From Candidatus Onthoplasma sp. (GTDB taxonomy: Bacteria > Bacillota > Clostridia > Christensenellales > UBA1242): a stretch of 64,000 nucleotides of DNA. This document shows positions 20,501 through 28,932 of this stretch, one piece after another (positions within the stretch are counted from its first letter, which is position 1; every line of letters starts with the position of its first letter). Position numbers and translations under genes: made by a program. The stretch spans positions 85,150-149,149 of the forward strand of contig JAZNKB010000007.1 of NCBI GenBank assembly GCA_045578345.1, read 5' to 3'. The notes under the pieces were generated by a model. It did not search any database and was not told where the DNA came from. It worked only from the letters and a program-made list of their open reading frames with translations.

Positions 20501-23134
20501 TTAAATGGTGCGAACATTTATGATGAAGAAAAAGAGATTTGGTATTTTGCAACTCAAATCGTTTTAATTTCAGGAAATTCACCAACTCCAACAATCTACA
20601 CAGGAACTTACGACAGCAGTTTAAATTCAATTATTTACACAAATGAGGCTGGAGACGAAAAAAGATTCGTTGATTGTGACGCTTCAACAACTTATTATAT
20701 TGAAATGAAAGAAGTTGTGGGGACTGTAACAAAATATAGATTTAATACAGCTGGCAGAGAATTTGTTGTTCTTGACTTTGAAGACGTTAATGGTGAAGAA
20801 GCAAATTATTATAGAGGTTCACTAGATACAGATTTTGTATATTATGGTTTCTCAAGTGCAACATTAAAATATGATGAAACAATTTATTCAAGCACTATAT
20901 ACAAGAAGAATAATGGAGAATATAAACCATTAGATCGCAGACCTGATGGAAGCTATTCTGACCCACGCATTACATCATTTTCTAAAAATGATGGATACTA
21001 TGAGTACAACATTGCTGAACCAGTAAATGAATTAATTGAAGTTAAAATTGAATTAATTTACGATGGTGATGTTGAGATAACATACTTTATTACAATTGAC
21101 ACAAGAATTTCCAATGTTGTTTTGAGAGATTATAACACGGCTGAAACGAGAAACATCATTCAAAAATTTTCAAACAAAAACTATTATGATGATTCAATTC
21201 GTGCAAACAGTGTTGGCTCAGGGATTATGAATCTTCAATGGGACAACATTGAAGGAAATGATTATTTTGATTATAAATATAGACTCTATGAAGAATTAAA
21301 AGACGACAAAGGTTATAGAAAATACAAATTAATTAATGGCGTGTATGTTGAAGATGAAGAAGGTGAAATTGGCCTCAAATTAAACGGAAAGAATAGTACT
21401 GTTATTGCAACAGGAAATGATAGTGAGGGTGTGTATGTGTTCGAAATTCGAGTATACGGCAAGGATGGAACATATCTTGGAAACAGACTTTTTGCTTTTG
21501 AAGTGAAAGAAGTTAACACTCAAGTTTATTATGTGAGAAATCAAGAAGGTGCTGCAATTCAACCAAATTCATGGTTTAAATTCACTGAAGTACCATCTAT
21601 TTTGGCTAACGCAACCGAATTCAATAATGTTAACAAAAATTTGGAACTTCCGCTTTATATAACAAATCAAAATTTGGAAGTTGTTATCACAGCAATGAAT
21701 ATTGAGCCTATATCTAAAACTTATTCTCCAAAAGATGAAAAAGGAAATACAATTTATGAGCTAACAATTCATAAATTATCAAAACCAAATGTTTATGATA
21801 TTGTATTTGGTGTGATTAAATACGATGTGTCATCACAACTTGTAACAAATGTTCAAATTATTGGTGAACAAAATTATGAAGTTGGAAAAACAACAAATTT
21901 CACTATTGCAGGACTAAAAAATACCAGTGTTTCAATTTCGGGAGATGTTAATGAAGCTTTAACAGCGTTAGGCGGAGACATTGCAAAGAAAAATATTGTT
22001 TACATAAATGCTTACTATAATGATGAGTTAATTTCTTCAACTCCATTCAATAATGAATATACTATTCCAGGAAATGGTCAATACTCTTTCACTTTCACAG
22101 ATTTGGCAGGAAATGTGCATGAGTTTATTGAAGACGAAGATGGAAATTCAATCGATTCACTTGATTTACTTAAAGTTTATGTGATGAGAGAAGTTGTTGT
22201 GTTAATTAATGGTGAAGCACCTGTTAGCAATGCGTTCTATAATAACAATGTAACATTAACTCTTTATGCAAGTAATAAGTATGTGACTGGAAGCGTTGAG
22301 GTTAAGGCAGAGAAAAATGGTCAGACTTATATTCCTGAAGGATATAATCCATATATCTTCTCTGATTATGGAACATATAGAGTTGTTATAACTGCAAAAT
22401 ACAACAACGGAACAAACAACTATGATTTACAAAAAATTATCACATTCACAATAATAAATGTTAATGAAGCAAGAAAGTCTATCGACTTAACAAGTTTAAA
22501 TGGAAGTACAATCACAAAAGTTGTTAATTCTTCTGGGCAAAACGTAACAACAGCATTTAAAACAATGATGAAACAAAACTCAACTAAGGGTGGTTTAAAT
22601 ATTTCTTATGAAGATGTCTTAGAGTATGAAACAAATCCTGAAAACAAAGATAAGTTATTTGTTACAAGTGGAAAAATAACTTTCACATTAACTTATTTAG
22701 TGAGTGATGAAGAATATCCAGATCGTTCAATAGATTTGAGTTTTACATTAACAAACAAAACAGCAAGTATTCCTTGCACACTTGAAAAAGGTGAATCAAC
22801 AACAAAGAGTTTCACAATTTACTTCAACCCATCAATTATTTATGAGCAAGTTGGGGAATCTTATGTGTACATAAATGATAAAATGGTTGCACACATTGGT
22901 GAAAATTCTGATAACAACGAAACAAAAATTAAAATTTCTTTCAAAGGAAATGGTGATGGTGATTATTACATAAAACTTGTAAGTTCTTCAGGTGTGATTT
23001 TGGATAGTTACAAACTCACAATCAAAGAACCGCTTAACGCAAGTGCAATTATTATTATCATAGTTGTAGTTGTTGTGGTTGCGACTGTTGTTGTAACAAT
23101 TATCTTGTTAAGACGCAAGATGAGGATTAGATAA
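14513..23134 (+). CDS. giant (~2870 aa) secreted surface protein with C-terminal TM anchor
   Basis: Uninterrupted 8.6-kb ORF. A TTG at 14513 lies 7 nt after AAAGGGG and yields a classic signal peptide (KGKILSLKIVLTLLLLLTASFCFVA). The C-terminus is a 27-residue I/V-rich stretch (AIIIIIVVVVVATVVVTIILL) followed by RRKMRIR, with no LPXTG. N/T/Y/E-rich beta-type composition. Confidence 0.85.
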   Translation: MKGKILSLKIVLTLLLLLTASFCFVANPINETKNSTKTIVALEKVKLGTDEEEFSALADGGVILSVEKVKVNSNETEYQDEDENTYSYPNLLMDGAHKTFYGSYDAVLEKHQKDYEKDNPNPYSPSSDAPVYNSGNESYDSRLYTFMDIPNKDSSKTVVEDGKFVKLDNTTSSGKIVMPDDDKFQEAVMISFGAYVLDQGVIETAINDDPATTDINETFCAKITQLEVEVHKDGKKQTNIPNVRNIGTAGTGLYFDFCYLITQEEDNSNEGYYQLSFKYLVNYVEYNANFEFYILNNSTYNQQVKPNGQDLGYESRPTLGWIESGANSEFVKNPNNGDNYVRYMIGYHGISSDYFAYPTITYDYTKYKLTYDHIANQKKTSYDLSVSYKKTGEASLIMTATSSSGTTTTPFELVDYHELNLNNFVTIMFTEPGTYEFNSVYLYRGYNSNVAPDLDFAPITTRLSIHGMSVQYSKTNQESANLQYFELAYEEGNNVDLIIPNGYELSSELEDNQTLGFVYKLIKRETLEGDDASETKMEREGNILSSNSLNSLMNGTLLNSSHNSTEDSDLKYLTEERTDVDATNKEVTLLRINDEDQYTSEIGGNIQTILDKIEYVETNQGSLWIQGNDKFTSNSFYYYSPTNIELFKIDDGGTPANAADDTWVSTDLTSSSFTNITTFNKKGYYLAFIEVEPSGMASSNSFWQIFAFQYTASSVNINIKAVDDKGTEETADDTRVDVAGGKFTNKPVEISWVKPGVFDREILGYYYLSKNEVKDKDQLLKTDKEELVVVEEKVYNGEICCVAQLGDRTQIPENSFGKYLIRLESEGDSATLKTFTIDRQPIAGVQPYLIQAHETANSIYYSFKTDVNNQIIPIDNSVTDSYATLKWDDKDSNADITATYSFTPFEIATKTDAPVNMMNGNNGADWVLSNYVLGNTSFGLELVRPVSESLVSGESVLFSQGIYLITLKDEAGNETVYAFVIDRTNGYFKIGEGEDSQFVTNTTVVSGENIEFDIGEYKAFKLDLTPDTDLQKFVNAAATNDYTNFPKYYSDAWNKTSLSKLFQKNGSDYYFTIENIGVVTYDGELLDKDPNAPTEVEDEIIYDESENSTYYHRTIYIKSINSVYTTHNSIYNTSNSYINAIINKDNARGAVYHSNVKIDIDNVPEFGQETQNIKLLDTGKGDTHEQGISKAEATSAKHVGFTWIKGSGQFEVSKVYYKIYSLSQNSWDNNPETDNVYFYYSNDSDPIMAYANGEAKPGTTDEGERCVISFNNNNESKAGLYVVTREYKEIENADLGEDVRIRNYYFIVDRNGIIQGEVGGNIKLELMEGQTELSKSDFSLQNADYGVLDDEESGISNEKYYIYLSTTKLPATLNIPTGKYVDENNHSSSLYEAGKLDVRVYYINTKNQIKGQPDQIKIYDSIYMANKDKLIVGADGTYTIDIYEYLSYENIVIRDLLTESSSGTNKDRREWLFLPGRYVVRISDNVKDSSEKKQVKLIGFEIVSKDETGPEIDKYTGSTKQDMIKLNELSSGTTENNFTVSQEYLKVVLPPYDENIETRAQVDPSYIVVKQYVGNSTVGEDYLIHDYVPGGAISLTENSKFVTIDDNGTENDKSDDLINIWLDTKLRVDPDDPNSEIDYDNLNKALRYEITIRYKLNNLKDSNDRNWTKENCERYKNCYIYYTDNNELVEYYQTTYTIRIDREAPSKNITELNTNDPMANDYVTDQEVDSMFENGVHRTGSNLYFTKQYSKYYQTNRENKGHIYAYMVYGKTIFDWTDVNKVLVKKIGTYADLAQYNLTLPVVDEGSYNKVEAKERTYGQLGEFNESNTYYEVVEFDFAGNATQYVIHYEPVAPMIEIPIIGTLTTSGEKSVKITLDENEQINIFELKLGNWEEFRRNDNFYKIELFKSGKSIYSVFTNATTDYEKELQTIVEKIEKEKFGFFTITITSRKGEIVDSRVVLSKVSSSININLFNSEDVIPLDIEDLIIKGDSYKIDLNGANIYDEEKEIWYFATQIVLISGNSPTPTIYTGTYDSSLNSIIYTNEAGDEKRFVDCDASTTYYIEMKEVVGTVTKYRFNTAGREFVVLDFEDVNGEEANYYRGSLDTDFVYYGFSSATLKYDETIYSSTIYKKNNGEYKPLDRRPDGSYSDPRITSFSKNDGYYEYNIAEPVNELIEVKIELIYDGDVEITYFITIDTRISNVVLRDYNTAETRNIIQKFSNKNYYDDSIRANSVGSGIMNLQWDNIEGNDYFDYKYRLYEELKDDKGYRKYKLINGVYVEDEEGEIGLKLNGKNSTVIATGNDSEGVYVFEIRVYGKDGTYLGNRLFAFEVKEVNTQVYYVRNQEGAAIQPNSWFKFTEVPSILANATEFNNVNKNLELPLYITNQNLEVVITAMNIEPISKTYSPKDEKGNTIYELTIHKLSKPNVYDIVFGVIKYDVSSQLVTNVQIIGEQNYEVGKTTNFTIAGLKNTSVSISGDVNEALTALGGDIAKKNIVYINAYYNDELISSTPFNNEYTIPGNGQYSFTFTDLAGNVHEFIEDEDGNSIDSLDLLKVYVMREVVVLINGEAPVSNAFYNNNVTLTLYASNKYVTGSVEVKAEKNGQTYIPEGYNPYIFSDYGTYRVVITAKYNNGTNNYDLQKIITFTIINVNEARKSIDLTSLNGSTITKVVNSSGQNVTTAFKTMMKQNSTKGGLNISYEDVLEYETNPENKDKLFVTSGKITFTLTYLVSDEEYPDRSIDLSFTLTNKTASIPCTLEKGESTTKSFTIYFNPSIIYEQVGESYVYINDKMVAHIGENSDNNETKIKISFKGNGDGDYYIKLVSSSGVILDSYKLTIKEPLNASAIIIIIVVVVVVATVVVTIILLRRKMRIR

Positions 23135-23868
23135 TGAATAATTGGCATACTGAGAGATTGATTATTGACGATACTTATGTCAATCACGAAATGAAAGTTC
23201 CGGTTACTGAACTTATGAAACTGTTCGAAGTTGCAACGTTTAACCATTCAAACGAAATGGGATTGGATCACGTGTCAATGGAAAAGATGAGTCATGCTTT
23301 TTGGGTTGTGACAAAAATGAAAGTGATTCTTCTTAGCCCAATCGTAACGAATGAAAAAGTGAGTGTTACAACATGGACACGCGAACTTGGAACAGCGCGC
23401 GCTTTAAGAGATTGTGTTATTAAATCTAAGAATAAAGTGAAAGCAAAATTTCTTGCCGAATGGTGTTGTTTAGATTGGGACACAAGAAAATTAAGACGAA
23501 TGAACACAATTTGCTATCCAGAACTCGTTATGGAAAAAAAAGATTATGTTAAAACAGAATTTACAAACATAAAAGAAGAGATGGGTGAAAAAGATTTTGT
23601 TTACACGCGCATAATACGAGCAACAGACATTGATGTTAACCTTCATACAAACAATTTAAAATATAACTACATGGCTCTTGATGCTTTCAGTATTGAAGAA
23701 CTTAATTCTTTTGACATAAAAGAATATGAAATTTATTTTGTGAACGAAAGTCATGAAGGTGACAAAATCAACATTTACAAAAAGAAAACAAAAAACTATT
23801 TCTTAATTGAAGGCAAAACAGAAGAGAAAATAATTTTCAGAGTAGTTATGAAAGTTAAAAGAAAATAA
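23134..23868 (+). CDS. acyl-ACP thioesterase
   Basis: Double hot-dog pattern (FWVVTKMKV, TWTRELGTARALRDCVI, WCCLDWDTRKLRR, DIDVNLHTNN). Its start overlaps the giant gene's stop (TAATG). Confidence 0.85.
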   Translation: MNNWHTERLIIDDTYVNHEMKVPVTELMKLFEVATFNHSNEMGLDHVSMEKMSHAFWVVTKMKVILLSPIVTNEKVSVTTWTRELGTARALRDCVIKSKNKVKAKFLAEWCCLDWDTRKLRRMNTICYPELVMEKKDYVKTEFTNIKEEMGEKDFVYTRIIRATDIDVNLHTNNLKYNYMALDAFSIEELNSFDIKEYEIYFVNESHEGDKINIYKKKTKNYFLIEGKTEEKIIFRVVMKVKRK

Positions 23869-23896
23869 AAAAGAGAGATCAAATCTCTCTTTTTTA
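23866..23896. terminator. bidirectional intrinsic terminator
   Basis: AGAGAGAT-caa-ATCTCTCT flanked by A- and T-runs. Confidence 0.85.
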
Positions 23897-25039
23897 TTCG
23901 TTTGGTTTTTCTTCGGCTTGTGAAATCTTTTCAATCGGTTTTGAAATTTCTTCAATTGCAACTTTCTTTTCAAGACGCTTCTTTGTTTGCTTAACTTCGC
24001 GTTTTGGAACAAGCTGGAAGAAAACTTCACCTTCGTGCGATTGGAAATAAACGCCAACAATATCTTTTTTCTTGGTGCTGAGAATATAGTAAGCAGCACG
24101 TTTTCTAGCACCACCCACAATGTAGCCCACTTTTTTTGAGTTTGGTTCAACAAAAACATTATATGCACGAAGTCTACCTTGATTGTCAACGATTGTGATT
24201 CCATCAAAGTTAAGCATGTTCATAAATAAATCTGCATAAGCTTGAAGTTTTTCTTCGTTGTAACTTTTTGATTGGGTGAATAATTTACTAAAACTGATTG
24301 GTTCTTTAAGCCAAATTCCATCTTCAAACAATCCATTGTCTTCGTAATCTTTGTCAACAATAACGCAAATTGAGCCGTTCACTTGGCTTAGCACGTTTGA
24401 GAAAATATTTAAATACATGTTTTTCATGTCTTGCAACTTCCTTTGAGTTGTTCTTAATTTTGAGAAAGTTGCATCAACAAACTCGCTGATTTCATGATTA
24501 AATATGTTGCTTTTTGATTTATCCAACGAAAAGTTAATGATGAGGTCATTTCCGGAAATGGAGTGGAGAATCATTGAATAAAAGTTAAGAGGACGAGCAA
24601 CAACACAACATATTTTTCCTGGTTTGTCCTTAATTGTGGTGTTTTCTTGCAAACTTCTTATAAGGTTTCTATCTTTAATGCTTGTAAAAGACATTAAAAT
24701 TCCATAACTAATTTTGTTTTCTTTAATGTCAATGAACAAACACCAATCGTTTTTGATAATTGGCAAAATTGATTTCAAATGTGAGTTGAAGTTTGTTGCA
24801 TCTGTATCTTCAAAGATTGTCATTGCATAACTTTTTGGAATTGAACGCACAATTGACTCAATATTGTTCGTGAAAACAATTTTAGGTTGAATGGACGTTC
24901 CTTCCTCAGAGTAGTTTAAGATATCATTAAATTTGTGTAAGAAGTGTGACATTAATAGTGGCGGAAAGTTTTCAAATTCCTTTTCGAAGAAATTTGTCAC
25001 ATTTTCTTTTGCGTTGTCAAAAAAAATCATTTCTTCCAT
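23894..25039 (-). CDS. protein with C-terminal DisA_N (diadenylate cyclase)-like domain carrying non-canonical motifs
   Basis: GSICVIVD .. FDGITIVDNQGRLRAYNVF .. GGARKRAAYYI .. SHEGEVFF runs parallel to CdaA GALITI .. HDGAVI .. GTRHRAA .. SEETGGVS. The ATG at 25039 lies behind GGGGA. Confidence 0.55.
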   Translation of the reverse strand: MEEMIFFDNAKENVTNFFEKEFENFPPLLMSHFLHKFNDILNYSEEGTSIQPKIVFTNNIESIVRSIPKSYAMTIFEDTDATNFNSHLKSILPIIKNDWCLFIDIKENKISYGILMSFTSIKDRNLIRSLQENTTIKDKPGKICCVVARPLNFYSMILHSISGNDLIINFSLDKSKSNIFNHEISEFVDATFSKLRTTQRKLQDMKNMYLNIFSNVLSQVNGSICVIVDKDYEDNGLFEDGIWLKEPISFSKLFTQSKSYNEEKLQAYADLFMNMLNFDGITIVDNQGRLRAYNVFVEPNSKKVGYIVGGARKRAAYYILSTKKKDIVGVYFQSHEGEVFFQLVPKREVKQTKKRLEKKVAIEEISKPIEKISQAEEKPNE

Positions 25040-25103
25040 AATATTTTCCCCATTCTTTTTAATCAATATATCAATTTTAAAAATATTATGCAAATCATTT
25101 TTC

Positions 25104-25155
25104 AAAAAAATAAAAAAAATGACAAAAAATCATTAAATTTAGTTGACTTTTTGTC
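25104..25155 (-). terminator. intrinsic terminator (minus strand)
   Basis: Read on the minus strand: GACAAAAA-19nt-TTTTTGTC followed by a long T-run. Confidence 0.6.
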
Positions 25156-25178
25156 GGATTTTGTGATTGATGTTGGCG

Positions 25179-25448
25179 TTAACGGGATTCAAGTTGAGAT
25201 TTTAGAAATATAATTTCGTTTTTTAAGCGGTTAATTTCTGCTTGTTTTTCGTGAACTTCTTTTATAAGTCTTTCAACATTTAAATTGAGATTTATTGTTT
25301 CAGCATTCTTTTCAAGTTCAAATTTTTTCTTAACAACATTAACAATTCCGTTAAAAAGAGCTGTGATGTCTTCGTCTGTTATACATGGTGGCATCACATG
25401 AATTTTAAAATTTGAATTCTCTGGAGGTTGATTTGGTGTTTTGGTCAT
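25179..25448 (-). CDS. small coiled-coil protein (89 aa)
   Basis: ORF track. Heptad-rich C-terminus (EINRLKNEIIFLKSQLE). No family recognised. Confidence 0.5.
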   Translation of the reverse strand: MTKTPNQPPENSNFKIHVMPPCITDEDITALFNGIVNVVKKKFELEKNAETINLNLNVERLIKEVHEKQAEINRLKNEIIFLKSQLESR

Positions 25449-25482
25449 GATATTATTTTACCCTACATTGAAATTGTTATTG

Positions 25483-25498
25483 TGCGAAATGTTTCGCA
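25483..25498. promoter_or_regulatory. palindromic operator candidate in a divergent spacer
   Basis: TGCGAAA-tg-TTTCGCA, a perfect 7-bp inverted repeat. Confidence 0.4.
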
Positions 25499-25530
25499 TA
25501 TTGTAAAAAGTTAAAACAAAGCAAGTTTTT

Positions 25531-26424
25531 TTGTTTTCTTTCATAAATAGTTATATGAATTATATTGTGTCAACGTTCGATTGTTTTTTGATGAATCAGG
25601 AGTGTTGGAGCTTAAAAAAGAATGTAAAATACAAGGTGAGTGATATTAAAAACTGCTTGGTTTTTGCGGACAATACAATCCCGTTTGTCCTCAACACACA
25701 AATTTCCAACGCCAACATTTTGAAAGTTGAGTTCATGAAAGATAGGTTTTACTTTTTGTTTCCAACAAGATATTCAACGTTTTTCCAAACAAGATTTAAA
25801 TTTAAGAATTATGAAATTGAAGTGCAAATTTCAAATAAGTTTTTTGTTTCAATAAATTCAGAGTTGAAATGTGAAAAAAATGTGGAAAACTTAACATATT
25901 CACATTATGAAATTTTGGGTGAATTATGTTTAATTTATTTTAACGGGCAAAGAAATTTTTTGGTTGTTATTAAAGATTTAGATGTGGTTTTTGCTTCATA
26001 TTACGACGAATGCAACGAACATGAAAGCGAAAAATATTTCATGGTAAGGCAAAATGATTCTTTAAATCATGGAAGAGTGTGTCACATTAAAGATAAAGAG
26101 TTTTCAACGTATCTTGTTTATCTTGACGAAGAAGAACTTAACTTAAAATCAGATTTTGTGCCATTTGTTTTTTTGGATTGCATTTTGGCGGAAAATTTTA
26201 AATATTGCAATCAACTTTTAAAAGAAGAGGTACGTGTTGAGATTGCTGAAATGATTAAATCGTTTTTCCCAGAGTTTGATTATTTTTATCCAATCAAAGA
26301 AAAAACATTTGTTTTGATAAACAAAAATACCCTTGCGGGCATTTTTGAATTTTCAGTTATTGATAATCAAATTTCTAATATCACGAATCTTCCGAGTGTT
26401 TGTGAGCATATTCAGTTATCTTAG
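25531..26424 (+). CDS. hypothetical protein (start uncertain)
   Basis: ORF track. TTG start without an RBS; internal ATGs at 25555 and 25591 are possible. The 3' end overlaps the convergent ATPase gene by 44 nt. Confidence 0.45.
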   Translation: MFSFINSYMNYIVSTFDCFLMNQECWSLKKNVKYKVSDIKNCLVFADNTIPFVLNTQISNANILKVEFMKDRFYFLFPTRYSTFFQTRFKFKNYEIEVQISNKFFVSINSELKCEKNVENLTYSHYEILGELCLIYFNGQRNFLVVIKDLDVVFASYYDECNEHESEKYFMVRQNDSLNHGRVCHIKDKEFSTYLVYLDEEELNLKSDFVPFVFLDCILAENFKYCNQLLKEEVRVEIAEMIKSFFPEFDYFYPIKEKTFVLINKNTLAGIFEFSVIDNQISNITNLPSVCEHIQLS

Positions 26425-28768
26425 TTAAAATTCCATAAGTTAAATAACTTGAGAACATAATAATAACTAAAATCAATTTATCTGTGTATGACATTGGAAC
26501 GTATTTAAATAATGTTGGAAGGAACGTTATTAAAGACACTGCAATTGCTAAGCACGCAACATACATAATAACTTTAAGTAAGTTCCAAGGTTTGCACATA
26601 TGGAACAATGAAATGAATCCAGTTGCAATAACAGCAAGTGATGACATTGTTACCAAAACGTCGGTTGCGATTGGAGTGAACATTTGATAAACATAGATTG
26701 CAATAACAGAACCCACCATGCAAAGTCCAGCAGGTAAGGTGTTTCGAATGACGTTTGCCAAGAATCTACCTTTAATTCTATTTATGTTTGGTTGAAGTGC
26801 CAGGAAGAACGATGGTAAACCAATAACCAACATTTCAAGAATTGTTAGTTGGATTGGCGAGAATGGATATGGTTTTCCAATACACAAAACAAAGATTGAA
26901 ATACAAATTGCAAAGATTGTTTTCATCAAGAAGAGAGAAGAAGATTTTTGAATGTTGTTAACAACACGTCTTCCTTCTGCAACAACACTTGGCATTGAAC
27001 TAAAGTTGCTATCTAACAAAACAAGTTGGCTAACGCTTCTTGCAGCATCGCTTCCTGCAGCGATTGCAATTGAACAATCTGCTTCTTTAAGAGCAAGAAT
27101 GTCGTTCACACCGTCACCAGTCATTGCAACAGTTTTTCCTTGGGATTTTAAAGTTTTGACAAGAATTGCTTTTTGTTCAGGACTAACACGACCGAAAATT
27201 GTGTATTTGTCAGCAGCTTCCATGACTTCTGTGTTTGAAAGTCCTTGCAGACTTATATATTTTTCATGGTTGTCAACACCGCAACGTCTGGCAACTTCAC
27301 TAACTGTGATTGGGTTGTCACCAGAAATAATTTTAATGTCAACATCATTTTGCTTGAACCATTCAATTGTTTTAGGTGCATCTTTTCTTATGTTGTCTTG
27401 CAACAAAATTAGTGCAATTGGTTTGCAGTTTTCACCGCTGAAACTTGCATCACATTCAGCAAGTAACAAAACTCTATAACCATTCAAGGCAAAGTTTTCA
27501 GCTTGAGATTTTATGTCGACAGTTGGTTTGTTCATAACATATTCATAAGCACCAAGTTTGTATGCGCCAACCTGCTTAAATTTACATCCCATAAACTTAC
27601 GCTCAGAAGAGAACGGGATTGATTTTTCTGGTGCATAACATGGTTTTCCAAAATATGATTTTAATGCAAGAGCGGTGTGGTTTGCATCGTGGAAGGCTGC
27701 CACCATTGAGGCAATAATTTTGTCAACATCTTTATCTGTTTTCTTTCCCAAAAGAACAACATCCTTAACGCTCATTGATCCGTTTGTTAACGTTCCGGTT
27801 TTATCTAGGCACAAAACATTTGTTCTTGCCAACATTTCAATACAATATAATTCTTGAACTAATGTTCGTTGTTTTGCAAGTCTAATCACACTTACTGCAA
27901 GGGCAACGGATGTAAGCAGGAACATTCCCGCAGGAATCATTGCAATAACGCAACCCGCAGTTTTGGTTACAACAAAGTATAACATTGAGCCAGTTGCAGT
28001 TGCGTCACTTAAGAAACTACGATAGTTGTTATATATCATAATGATTGCAACAGGAATCATAAACACGGTGATAATTTTAATTAAGTTTCTTAAAGATGTT
28101 AACAATTCACTTTTTGATTGTTTGAAAGATTTTGCTTTTACGCTTAATTGAGATATGTAGTTTTCGTCACCGATTTTATTAACCTTCGCTTTGCATGTTC
28201 CGCTGGAAATAAAACTTCCACCCAAAAGGTCATCGCCAACATTCTTTTTAACTGGTTGACTTTCACCCGTTAATAAACTTTCATTAACTTCAACCTGACC
28301 TGAAATTACAACGCTATCACAAGCAATTTGCATGCCAGGTTTTAAACATAGCACATCATCTAAAACAACTTCAGTTTTATAAATTTCTTGTTCTTCACCT
28401 TCACGAATAACTTTTGTGAAATTTGAGTTGGTAAGTGATAATTTATCCATTGTTTTCTTTGCTTTAATTTCTTGAATAATTCCAATTGTTGTGTTCAAAA
28501 CAACAATAACTAAGAACGCCAAATCGGTGTATGCACCAACAAAAATCAACGCAGAAGCAACAACAAAACAAATCAAGTTGAAGAATGTGAAAATATTTTT
28601 CATCAAAATGCTTCCAATGCTTTTTCCTGTTTTCACATTTGAAACATTAACAAGGTTGTTTTCAATTCGTTCGTTAATTTGATTTTGTTCCAAACCAACT
28701 TCTGGTTTTGGATTAAAACGAGTAATCTTTTTTGTTTCTTTAATTTTTGCTGTTTGGTTATTTTTCAT
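26381..28768 (-). CDS. cation-transporting P-type ATPase (HAD-IC)
   Basis: CLDKTGTLTNG phosphorylation motif, TGES-like LTGESQP, hinge MTGDGVNDILALKEADCSIA, multiple TM segments. Confidence 0.92.
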   Translation of the reverse strand: MKNNQTAKIKETKKITRFNPKPEVGLEQNQINERIENNLVNVSNVKTGKSIGSILMKNIFTFFNLICFVVASALIFVGAYTDLAFLVIVVLNTTIGIIQEIKAKKTMDKLSLTNSNFTKVIREGEEQEIYKTEVVLDDVLCLKPGMQIACDSVVISGQVEVNESLLTGESQPVKKNVGDDLLGGSFISSGTCKAKVNKIGDENYISQLSVKAKSFKQSKSELLTSLRNLIKIITVFMIPVAIIMIYNNYRSFLSDATATGSMLYFVVTKTAGCVIAMIPAGMFLLTSVALAVSVIRLAKQRTLVQELYCIEMLARTNVLCLDKTGTLTNGSMSVKDVVLLGKKTDKDVDKIIASMVAAFHDANHTALALKSYFGKPCYAPEKSIPFSSERKFMGCKFKQVGAYKLGAYEYVMNKPTVDIKSQAENFALNGYRVLLLAECDASFSGENCKPIALILLQDNIRKDAPKTIEWFKQNDVDIKIISGDNPITVSEVARRCGVDNHEKYISLQGLSNTEVMEAADKYTIFGRVSPEQKAILVKTLKSQGKTVAMTGDGVNDILALKEADCSIAIAAGSDAARSVSQLVLLDSNFSSMPSVVAEGRRVVNNIQKSSSLFLMKTIFAICISIFVLCIGKPYPFSPIQLTILEMLVIGLPSFFLALQPNINRIKGRFLANVIRNTLPAGLCMVGSVIAIYVYQMFTPIATDVLVTMSSLAVIATGFISLFHMCKPWNLLKVIMYVACLAIAVSLITFLPTLFKYVPMSYTDKLILVIIMFSSYLTYGILTKITEYAHKHSEDS

Positions 28769-28932
28769 TTTTTCCTCTTTAAATTATTTTATCATAATAA
28801 TGTTATTTTAACAAATATAATTTTAGTATAATTAAAAAAATTTTATAAAAATCTTTATATTGTCAAATAAACAAAATTACTTTCACGTTTATAAAATTTT
28901 TAGCATATCAATACTAAGAGGAGTGATTAAAA

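Noticed and set aside
23035-23105. ATT/GTT triplet-rich low-complexity DNA
   Set aside because: It encodes the I/V-rich C-terminal membrane anchor of the giant protein and is not an independent repeat element.
26952-27479. Long antisense or alternative-frame ORFs inside large genes (for example 26952..27479, 41487..41876, 32541..32870, 48011..48367, 46154..46432)
   Set aside because: They are embedded in strongly supported genes on the other strand or frame, have low-complexity translations and no RBS. Typical shadow ORFs.
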